Shown piece after piece: positions 11,401 through 21,513 of a DNA stretch of 64,000 nt. The notes below the pieces were generated by a model, which saw only the letters and a list, made by a program, of their open reading frames with translations, did no database searches and was not told the origin of the DNA. This DNA comes from Nitrospirota bacterium. GTDB taxonomy: Bacteria > Nitrospirota > JACRHJ01. Position 1 is the first letter of the stretch, and every line of letters begins with the position of its first letter. The DNA lies in NCBI GenBank assembly GCA_963845245.1, contig CAWJRJ010000021.1, positions 64,001-128,000 on the forward strand, read 5' to 3'. The translations under genes and the position numbers were made by a program.

Positions 11401-14400
11401 CCACAGCGGCCAGACGGGTGTAACAGCGAACCTCAATACCGACACCTCGAACGCCACTACCTACAAGTTCGGCTGCGGTAAATGCCATACCCTGGCCGCT
11501 ACTTCTCATAACAGCGGCAACGTCTCGTTGTACCAGACCGCGGAGGTAAAGTTCGACGCGACGGTCAACCCGGTGAACTCGTTGGGCAAATACACCACGC
11601 TCGGCGCGTTATGGGCTACCGATGCCCAGGGCAAGACGTACACTGCCGGTACCTGCAAGAACCTCTACTGCCACAGCAACGGCCAGACAGGCACTTATGC
11701 GAAGTACAGTTCCGTCAGGTGGAATACGACGGCTGTCTACTGCACAAGCTGCCACGGCGACGCGACGGCAGGGACTCTTTCAACGCCGCACAACAAGCAC
11801 GTGAACACACTTGCGGCAGGCAGCTATAACTTCGGTTGCGTGCAGTGCCACAACAGGACTGTTGCCAGCAACTCCGCGATCAGCAACAAGGCGAACCACG
11901 TCAACGGTGTCAAGGACGTGTTCTTCAAGAAGTTCTCATCGGTGGCGTTCGGCAACAAGACCGGTTCGTACAATACGGTAAACTGCTCGAACACCTACTG
12001 CCACAGCGACGGGAACGGCACGTCAAAGACGCCGACGTGGGCGAGCGGGACTATAAACTGCGCGAGCTGCCACAACTACACGGTTGCGTCCGGCTCGGAA
12101 ATCACGACGGGCAAACACACGCAGCATATCCACAACGGCAACCTTGGCACCTACAGGTGTGTAGACTGCCACAGCGACACGGTTATGGCGAACAACTCCA
12201 CCATAATCTACACGAACGGCACGCACGTGAACGGCGTCAAGAACCTCAACTTCCTTGACAAGTCGTTGAACAACTTCACGGGCGCGTATGTTACGGCAAC
12301 CAAGACCTGCCGCAACAACTACTGCCATAGCTCCGGCCAGGCCAAGAGCGGCACCGGCTCGTTCGCCAACCTCTCCACGCCGGTATTCAGGACCACCGCC
12401 GTATGGACCGGTGGTGCGCTTGACTGCAAGGGTTGTCACGGCGCGGACACCGGCTTCACCAGCCAGTTCGGCGAACCGAACTACACCAACAGGTCCACGG
12501 CAAGCAGGGCATGGTACAACGGCCACGCGAAGCACGTGAAGAGCGTGACCGATTGCAATAAGTGTCATAACCTGACGACCGCCGACGGTGTTAGCATACT
12601 GGCCGGAGGCATGCACATCAACGGCAGCAGGGACGTCAACTTCAACCTGACACTGTTACCGGGCGCTTCATACAACAGCACGAGGAAGATGTGCACCGTG
12701 CCTACCTGCCACACAGGCACGGTAAGGTGGGGCGGCACGGTCCCGAACAGCTGCCAGAGCTGCCATGCGGACATGGGCGCTGGTAAATACACGAACCACA
12801 GCACGACCGGCAAGCACGCAAAGCATACGAATTCGACAACATACAAGTTCGCATGCGAGAACTGCCACAAGACGATGGACACCTCCGGCAACACGACTCA
12901 TGCTGGTGGTAACGTATCAACATATCAGACGGCGCAGGTGGCCTTCAGGACCAACTCCACCACCTGGGATTACGTGACCTACGACGGGGCCGGTACGCAG
13001 TTCAAGTATATAAGGATCGACTCGATGTACGGCACGACCGTGACACCGATATACAAGGCGGTCTCTACGACCAGCCCGCTCTCCGACAGCGTGGTGGCCA
13101 GCCGCAAGTTTACGCAGGGCAGGTGCTCGAACGTGTGGTGCCACTCTGACGGCCACAAGTTCGGCAACACGAGTACCGTATTCGTGAAGTATGCGAACTG
13201 GTCTACTGCGGAGACGACAAACTGCCGCAGCTGCCACGCTGGCGATAAGTCTGCTGCGCCGACGATGTCATCGGGCAAGCATACGAACCACATTAATAAC
13301 GGCAACCTCGGCAATTTCACCTGCTCGCGGTGCCACACGGACACGGTAAGGGGCAACTCGACCGTATACAACTATGACTACCACGTGAACGGAGTGAAGA
13401 ACATAAACTTCACCTCTATAGTGCAGGCAAACTATACCGGAGCCTACGTATCGGCTACCAGCACCTGCCGCAACGTGTACTGCCATAGCTCGGGTACGAA
13501 GTACACCAGCATGACAAACGCCACTTCCTCGCCTACGTTCAGGACCCCGACGTGGAGCGACACGGCCTGGGCCAGTAAGTGCAAGGGCTGCCACGGCGCG
13601 GACAGCGGCTTCACCAGCAAGTTCGGCGAGCCTAACTATGCGAACAGGTCAACGGCGAGCAGGGCCTGGTTTAACGGTCATTACGTGTCCAGCCACGTCA
13701 GTGTAGCAGCCGACTGCTTCAAGTGCCACGCTGCCACGGTTTTGAGTAACGGCACTTCCATCAACACATCGGGCAAGCACCTTAACGGGTTCAGGAACGT
13801 CTCGTTCACGGCAGGCGGCACTTATGACGCCACGAACAAACGTTGCAGCAACACCGCGACGGGTTGCCACGGCACGACCACGATGCGTTGGGGCGGTACT
13901 GGCACCTGCCAGACATGCCATGCGACCACCGGGACCGAGGTAAACGACTACGTATATGGCAACGGCACACAGGCCACCATAAGCATGACCCAGTACACCT
14001 CGATAGGCCACGGCAGGAAGATAGGCAGGTATGCCTACAGCAACCAGTCCGGCGCATCGAGCGCGAACCACAGCGCGGCGAGGAAGGTATCTGACTGCTC
14101 GACCTGCCATGACTCGACAGTGCTGCACAATATGACTTCCGGTGCGACGCCGAACTTCTTCAGGCTCAAGGGCGGCGGCGACCCGAACGCGCTATGCTCA
14201 TCCTGCCACTCGACGACTACTGAGGCGCACCACAACCAGGCCAACACCGGCGGCAACGCCAACTGGGCCATACTGACGCCGAAATGCGTGGACTGCCATG
14301 ACCCGCACGGAGACACAGGCGCAAACGGCAGGAGCAATGCGTACATGATCGGAGGTATGATAAACTACACCTCCAACAGCAAGTACGACGGCAGGCCTGC

Positions 14401-17243
14401 CGGTACCAACGGCAGCCTCATGAGGGCAGTGAACTTCCCTGCCAACGTGAGCCAGCCCACGGTGCTTAACTACACCAGCTTCGTGAGGCCCACTTACGAC
14501 GGCCTGTGCCAGATATGCCATATAAGGGGCGTCGATTCGGCTGCTCCCGGCGGCACTACATCACCGATACACTTCAACAGGGCGCTTTATACGACCCATA
14601 ACAACCCGACAGTCTGCACAAGCTGCCATAGCCACTCCACCGGCTTCCAGGGCGCAGGCGGCGACTGCAAGGGCTGCCACGGCACCGGCGGGTCCGCTAC
14701 ATTAGCTGGTAGACGCGACATGCAGCTAGAGTTCAACAACTCGTCCTCGCATCATATTGTAGGCAACTGGACGAACATCACGAAGTATGAATGTGCGGCA
14801 TGCCACGCAGAGGGCAACTATGCCGACGGCTCCCTCTCCGCACTACATACGGGTACACATGCAAAGCCTGTTTACCTGAAGAAGTGGAATGCGGCTATCA
14901 CTACGGGCAGCAACGGTACCTTTACCGTGATAAGCACAAACAGCCTCGCTACCAACAGCAGCGTGCTTACGCCGTTCTGCCTCGGCTGCCACAGCGACCA
15001 GAACAACGCCGCCACGCCGTTTGTGGCCTCAGGCGACACCAGGAACCCGACCAGCTACTCATGGGACAACAACTCTGTCGGGAGCAAGTACAGCAACGTA
15101 TCGACTACGCCGTGGGGCAAGTTCAACTCCTCGACGTACAACGTCGTCCCGGCCGACCAGGTCACCAAGGCATTCAGCCCGCACGGCCAGACCGGCAAGA
15201 ACGACATGCCAAAGAGCCTTAACTCGTTTGCCATCTACTCGGGCACCAAGGCCGTCCAGTGCTACGACTGCCATAACGCCCATGCCTCTAACGTCACCGG
15301 TGGCACTTCCTACACCAGCGGCAACAACGAGGGTGGCATAATCAAGACGACCTCCACCTATGTCCCGAGGGCGGGCGGCTCTACGGCTACGAAGAACGCG
15401 TACAGCTCAAGCGCCGACCTCTGCTTTGACTGCCACCTGGGCGAGAACGGCTCCGGCGCACCGAAGACCTACAGGGACTACGGTATACCGAGCGGCAAGG
15501 CGATTGTCGGCTACTACGACCGCGTGGGCATGAACTTCAGCAACTACAGCTCATCGAGGTGGTCAACAAGCGACGTGTGGCGCGGCAGCTTTGCCTACAA
15601 AGACGGCACGTTCAAGGGCGGCCACTTCGGCAACTCGCAGGGCTACCTACAGGAGGGCCTGGGCACCATGGGTACAAAGGTCAACGGCAACTGCACCGCC
15701 TGCCACGACCCGCACGGCGTTTCGCCTGCCATCAAGAGGGGCTTCACGAAGCTGACGCGTACAGTCTACGCGGCCGCCAGCACCGAAACCGACCCGGTCC
15801 TTTCGGGCAGCTATACCGGAACGGCGAACGCCTCGAACGTAAACGTCATACAGATTGTGGCCGGCGGCGCATTAGGCACGGCTACCTACAGGGCATCCAC
15901 CAACGCCGGCAAGACCTGGGGAAGCACTACCAGCACCAGCACCGCCTGGGCGGCTAACGGTATTACCGCTACATTCCAGGCCGGTAACTACAGCGTTGAC
16001 GATACATGGACCTTCCTGTCAGGCGCAAACCCGAACTTCATGGCCCCGGCACTGAAGGGTACATGGATGCACTCCCCGTACAAGGAGGACCGTACGCCGA
16101 GGAACACGTATACTACGGACAAGGGCAACGGCGAGGCCACTGCAAGGCTTGCAGGCATCTTTAAGGCCGACGACTACACCACCTATGCGGACCAGACGGG
16201 CTGGACTACCGCCAAGAGGTACTGGGATGACACTCACCGGCGGCACCAGCGCCGCAGGCACCAACAGGAAGGTCGGCGGCCCGGCCCCGAGGGCGAACCC
16301 GGACTTCAAGACCGGCTCTTACGTGCCGGGCTACAACACCCCTGCGATACAGGGCGACGGCTTCGGCCGCGGCCCGGTACGCAGCTACGGTGCCGGCTTC
16401 ACGAACGTGACCAGCATGAGGGGCTGGAACGGCTACTTCATAGACGAGAACACATTCGGGCAGACTACTGCCAAGCAATACGGGTATGTCAATCCGTATA
16501 GCAATATGAGTACGGCCAACCCGGCTGCATGGAACCCCGGCAACTTCGCCGGCCTGTGCCTGAAATGCCATGCATGGCAGAAGAACACGGCGAGTTCCAT
16601 ATCGCTTTCGAACGTGACCTCGGCGAACCTTGCCACTGGCACGCAGAGGGTGACGACCAAGGTCCACGAGACGGTCGCGAACCTGGGCACCATAACGGTC
16701 AACCTCTTCCAGCGTAACGAGGGCACCGGCTCATACACATCAATAGCCTGCCGACTGGTGGGTATGCATATGAGCCAGTACAACGGCAACGACGGCTCCG
16801 CCAGCGAGACCGGCGGACCAACCGGTGCGGCCGCAGCTAAGCTACACTGCTGTCTATGGTATCCTGGATACGACGGGCCAATCCGGAACCAGCGACCAGC
16901 GCAGCCATTACTACCGCTGGGGCGTGAGCGGCAGCGCGCAGAAGACCGCTGGCACAGATACAGGCCAAGTACCACCAGTTCCCGTGCAGCAAGTGCCATA
17001 CGCCGCATGCCTCCAGGCTGCCGAGGCTGATGAAGACGAACTGCCTCGACAACGACAACGTCGGCACGGCGCACACCACGATGGGCTATGTCGGCAACAC
17101 CGCCACCATGAGCGGCACCGCTGCTACGAACCTCTGGGGCGCGCTTGCCAGGAACGTGGCCTGCCACAGCACCAAGATAGGCTACGCTCGGCAGCTGCGC
17201 TACGTACACCCCCGGCGGCTGGAACAACAAGACGCCCTGGTAA
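5459..17243 (+). CDS. Giant surface multiheme cytochrome c (~3,900 aa) with N-terminal Ig/FN3-like domains; C-terminus reconstructed across several indels after ~16230
   Basis: GAGGAGG RBS before ATG 5459; signal/TM segment; manual count 41 CxxCH, 13 CxxxxCH, 2 CxxxCH and 1 Cx6CH in ORF 5408-16501; continues in shifted frames (GLCLKCH, HQFPCSKCHTPHASRLPRLMKTNCLD) to GWNNKTPW-stop at 17241-17243. Confidence 0.92.
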
Positions 17244-17254
17244 AGACTAAAGCA

Positions 17255-17276
17255 GGGGCCCCACGTACGGGGCCCC
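17255..17276 (+). other. GC-rich hairpin between the giant cytochrome and the peptide gene
   Basis: GGGGCCCC-acgtac-GGGGCCCC; no U-tract, so read-through is plausible. Confidence 0.5.
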
Positions 17277-17316
17277 GAAATATAAACAAAAAGTAAACAG
17301 GAAAGGAGGAAAACCA

Positions 17317-17376
17317 ATGAAGATAAAGTACACAGCTCCGAAAGTGGTAGCCAGCTCAAGCGTCCATCCCTGCTAA
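17317..17376 (+). CDS. 19-aa small peptide MKIKYTAPKVVASSSVHPC (RiPP-precursor-like); below the ORF-track cutoff
   Basis: AAAGGAGG Shine-Dalgarno 7 nt before ATG 17317; TAA at 17374-17376; YxxP leader-like motif; terminator follows. Confidence 0.75.
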   Translation: MKIKYTAPKVVASSSVHPC

Positions 17377-17399
17377 AAACAGACTGAAGTTGATATAAT

Positions 17400-17441
17400 C
17401 AAGGGCTGATGGTAAAATATAACCATCAGCCCTTGTCTTTT
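17400..17441 (+). terminator. Intrinsic terminator after the peptide gene
   Basis: CAAGGGCTGATGGT-aaaatata-ACCATCAGCCCTTG (14-bp perfect stem) followed by TCTTTT. Confidence 0.8.
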
Positions 17442-17474
17442 ATACAGGGATAGACCCTCTAAAGGAGATGTCAG

Positions 17475-18426
17475 ATGAAAAAAATCCTTGTGACTATAAG
17501 TATTGTTCTTGCCTGCTTGTCCGTTATGCCAGCTTATGCCAGGGCAGACAAGATTTATGTTGCAATGACTGATGGCAGCAGCGTCGAGGTGGTGGACCCT
17601 GCCCTGCTTGACTCGTGGGGTGATATACAAACAGGCAAGAATCCCATGATGCTCGCAGCCTCAAAGGACGGCAGCTACGTATTTGTTTCGATTTATGGTG
17701 AAGGCAAGGTGCAGGTAATAGATACCAAGACTGATAAGGTTGTCAATGATATCAATCTGGGTCAGGGGCCACACGCGATGGATATCTCACCGGACGGCGG
17801 CTTGCTCGCGGCCGGAATACTGGACGAACCGAAAGTCTACATTATCGACGCCAAGGAGTTCAAGGTGATAAAAGCGATAACGACCCTTGGGGGCGTCTCC
17901 GAGGTGAAGTTTTCGCCGGACGGAAAAAAACTCTATGTCGTGCAACGGGAAAAACCCATGCAGGTAATTGATATGGCTAATATGGAGCCTGTTGCGGAAA
18001 TGAATATTCCAACTGAGACATATGACATCGCATTTTCAAAATCAGGCGATAAATTATATGTGAACAGCACCGATGACGGCAACATGTCGATTATCGACAT
18101 TAAGACATCGGCCGTTTTGAAGAAAATACCGGCCGGCAAGACGGGGCTTGCAGTGTCTCCCGACGGTAATGAGATATGGTTTGGGGGGCCGGGGGACAAG
18201 ATAACGGTTTACTCCCTTACCAAGAACGCGGTGATAGCGACTCTACCGCAGGATTGCGACAGGAACTTCACGTTGCTGTTCAGCCCGGACGGGAAGACCG
18301 TTCTGGCTACTCCCGCCGGGAAAGATAACCTCAAATTATATGTTTACGATGCAATCAAAAAAACAAGGAAAGGGGTAGGTCGCACTCAAAGGCAACCCCC
18401 GCGGATTGGCATACATTACAAAATAA
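17475..18426 (+). CDS. Secreted YVTN/YncE-type beta-propeller protein (probable frameshift near 18378)
   Basis: AAGGAG RBS; signal ending ARA; repeated (F/I/V)SPDG..YV blades; shifted frame gives VALKGNPRGLAYITK-stop at 18426, which removes the overlap with the convergent gene. Confidence 0.85.
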
Positions 18427-18440
18427 TTGGATTATACGGG

Positions 18441-19490
18441 CTAACGGTTTATCGCTCCTTTATATCCCGCTTTTAAAGCCGCCGCCGCATCAAGTTCCTT
18501 GGATGCGGCTTCTTTTTGACCAACCTTCAAATACGCATAGGCAAGGTCGTAGTGGGTAGCCGCGTCCTTCGGGTATTCCTTCAAAAGTGTCAGATAGAGC
18601 GGTATGGCCTCCTTGAACGAACGCTGTTCCATCTTCCATGCGTCCGCGCGGTCAAGCCAGAGCTTCGGAGGCGCGCCGTTCAGCATCTTGGGGTTGGCGA
18701 AGAGTTCCGCGAAATAATCTGCAAGAAACCTGAACTTGTAAGGCACCAGCCCGTTTTTGTTGGATGCGCTGATCGATACCATGTCAGAGCTTAGACCCGA
18801 CTCCTGTAGTGTCTTGAAGAAACCTGACACGAGCGAGAGAATTCGGGTCTTTTTCTCATCCAGGTAGATATCAGAGAAAAAGGATAAATCTATATCCAGG
18901 AGTACCGGCTTGTCGATTTTCGGCAGGTCTTGGAGAGACACGATGAAAACAGGGATGCCGCTAATCGTCCCAGAGGCGACCTTGCCGTTCAGGACCAGTT
19001 TGTCGAACTCTTGTGACTGGGAGGGGTATGTCTTTTTTAGGTGCTCCTTAAAACCGTCCAGGCTTTCCTTGGTGAGACTTGTAAGGCTCGGTATGACCCA
19101 ATAAACATCCTTTACAAGGCCGAGCCTGGTCGCCGCAAATACTGTATTTTCTGCGGAGTAGGCCGGTTTCCCGTCTGACACATTACCCATGGACAGAAGC
19201 TTGTCCGAATCTCCCTTGCCAGCCGTATCTTTTAGTGACTTCAGAATGTTTTCGTCCAATGGCGCGAGTCCATCCATGTATGATATGTGGACAAGAGTGC
19301 GGTCTTTGGCGCCGTTTTGTGTCCAGTAAGGTATGTTGAAGTTCTCCTGTTCGAGAAGCTGCACCTTGATGGGGTCAACCGCCACATTTAATACCGGCAG
19401 TTGAGGCGCTTTTGGTTTTTCCTTCTCCTTTGCGCACGAGGATGAAAACAGGAGGATGAAAGCGGCAAACATCAGAAGGGACTTTTTCAT
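18441..19490 (-). CDS. Lipoprotein with degenerate UPF0489-like domain and C-terminal TPR
   Basis: Lipobox FSSSC; RTLVHISYMD, VYWVIP, LLDIDLSFF segments; TPR-like YPKDAATHYDLAYAYLKVGQKEAA. Confidence 0.6.
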   Translation of the reverse strand: MKKSLLMFAAFILLFSSSCAKEKEKPKAPQLPVLNVAVDPIKVQLLEQENFNIPYWTQNGAKDRTLVHISYMDGLAPLDENILKSLKDTAGKGDSDKLLSMGNVSDGKPAYSAENTVFAATRLGLVKDVYWVIPSLTSLTKESLDGFKEHLKKTYPSQSQEFDKLVLNGKVASGTISGIPVFIVSLQDLPKIDKPVLLDIDLSFFSDIYLDEKKTRILSLVSGFFKTLQESGLSSDMVSISASNKNGLVPYKFRFLADYFAELFANPKMLNGAPPKLWLDRADAWKMEQRSFKEAIPLYLTLLKEYPKDAATHYDLAYAYLKVGQKEAASKELDAAAALKAGYKGAINR

Positions 19491-19506
19491 GGGGCTCCTT
19501 AAACGG

Positions 19507-20724
19507 TTATGGCAGTATCTTCTCTACTTTGCATTCAAGCTCGCCGGCCTTCAGCCTGAGCTGTAACATATCACCGGGCGCGACCTGACCGGCGTCGGTA
19601 ACGACCTCAAGCCCGGGCAGCCTTCGTGCTATGGCGTAGCCGCGCGTGAGGGGGGCAAGCGGCTCAAGGGCTGATAGCCCGGCCACGCAGCGCTCAAACC
19701 GCTGCTTTGCGCCTTGCAGCTTGTATGTCATGGCCATCCTGAGCCTGCCGGACTTGTCGTCCAGTCGCAGGAGGTGCTCGTGTATGGCCCTGCCGCGGGT
19801 CGACAAACACGCGCATCTCGGCATCGAGCCTGTTCCTCGTGCGCCTGAGCAGCTGAGATGTGTAATAGCTGAGCCTGCTCCGGAGGTCTTGCACCTTCTC
19901 CCGGACCTCCTCTTCGCTCTTGGCGACAATCTCGGCAGCAGCGGAAGGGGTGGGGGCGCGCATGTCCGCAACGAAGTCTGCGATGGTGAAGTCAACCTCG
20001 TGTCCTACGGCGGAGATAATCGGTATGGCAGAGGCATGTATCGCACGCGCGACCGTCTCGGAATTGAAGGCCGCCAGGTCTTCCATGGAGCCGCCGCCGC
20101 GCCCGGCAGATTATGACGTCGAGCCCGCCCGCCTCGTTGAGGTCTGCAATGGCCCTGGCAATCTCATGAGGGGCTGCATCGCCCTGCACGGATGCGGGCG
20201 CGATTATTATATGCACGCCCGGCGCGCGTCTCTTTAATACCTTTAAAATATCCCTTATTGCCGCCCCGGTGGGGGATGTGACCACGCCGACCGTCTTGGG
20301 GTACTCGGGCAGCGCCCTCTTCCTCTCGGGGGCGAACAGGCCCTCCTTCTCAAGCTTTTCCCTGAGCTGGAGGAATGCGAGCTGGAGCGCGCCGAGGCCC
20401 TTTGGGCTCCATGTACTCCGCGATTATCTGGTACTCGCCGCGCGGCTCGTAGAGCGATATCCTGCCGCGCAGGATCACCTCCAGACCGTCCTCCGGCTTG
20501 AACTTGAGGAAGCGGCTGCCGGAACGGAAGAATACCGCCTTGATCTGCGCGTCTTTGTCTTTTAGTGAGAAGTAGAGGTGGCCGGAGGAGGGGATGCGAA
20601 GGCCGGTGATCTCGCCCTGCACCCATACGTCGGCAAAGCCCGCTTCGAGCGTTTCCTTTATCCTGCGGGTAAGCTCGGAGACGGTTATCGGGGTGTTTAA
20701 ATTGAAGCCGAGTTGCATAGGCAT
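19507..20724 (-). CDS. xseA: Exodeoxyribonuclease VII large subunit (several apparent frameshifts)
   Basis: [68 protein letters not shown]. Confidence 0.93.
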
Positions 20725-20730
20725 AGGAGT

Positions 20731-21513
20731 TTACTCCGTCATGCTTATACGTTCTATCGCTGTTGCCTTCCCGGTGTTCTGGTCGACCGTGATGGCGACG
20801 CCCTGGAGCGTGCCCGGCCCTTTTGCAGTGTCGAACCTTGTCGGCATCTGGGTGAGGAACCGGCTGATCGCAAGCTCGGCCGTCACGCCTATCACGGAGT
20901 CCTCGGGGCCTGTCAGGCCCGCGTCGGTGATGTATGCCGTGCCCTCAGGCAGGATCTTCTCGTCCGCCGTCTGGACGTGGGTGTGCGTGCCTACAACGGC
21001 CGTTACCTTGCCGTCCAGATACCTAGCAAGGGCTATTTTCTCGGATGTGGCCTCGGCATGGAAGTCCACAAGGATGACCTTCGCGCCTTCCTTCTTTAGC
21101 CTTGCTATCTCTTCGTCGGCCTTGCGGAACGGGCAGTCGATGATGGACATGAAGACGCGGCCCATCAGGTTTATTACCCCGACGCTTGTGCCGTTGGATG
21201 CGCGTACGATTGCGCTCCCGTAGCCCGGCACGCCTGGCGGGAAGTTAGCGGGCCGCAGCAGCCGCTTCTCCCGGTCGATGTATGTAAGTATGTCCTTCTT
21301 GTCCCAGATGTGGTTGCCGGACGTGATGATGTCTATCCCCATGTCGAACAGGTCGTCCGTGATCCTGGGGGTAAGGCCGAAGCCGCCCGCGGCGTTCTCG
21401 CCGTTTGCAACCACGAGGGCAGGGGAGTACTTATCCCGAAGCCTCGGAAGGCAGCTCATCACCGCCTTCCGGCCCGGGTCTCCCATTATATCGCTGATGA
21501 AGAGGATCTTCAT
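20731..21513 (-). CDS. ymdB: YmdB-family metallophosphoesterase
   Basis: ANGENAAGGFG, TSGNHIWD, DFHAEATSEK, GTHTHVQTAD; directly downstream of rny. Confidence 0.92.
   Translation of the reverse strand: MKILFISDIMGDPGRKAVMSCLPRLRDKYSPALVVANGENAAGGFGLTPRITDDLFDMGIDIITSGNHIWDKKDILTYIDREKRLLRPANFPPGVPGYGSAIVRASNGTSVGVINLMGRVFMSIIDCPFRKADEEIARLKKEGAKVILVDFHAEATSEKIALARYLDGKVTAVVGTHTHVQTADEKILPEGTAYITDAGLTGPEDSVIGVTAELAISRFLTQMPTRFDTAKGPGTLQGVAITVDQNTGKATAIERISMTE

Noticed and set aside
16230..17296. Separate genes for ORFs 16149-17030, 16825-17250 and 17030-17296
   Set aside because: They join into the C-terminus of the giant cytochrome and lack their own RBS or signal peptides
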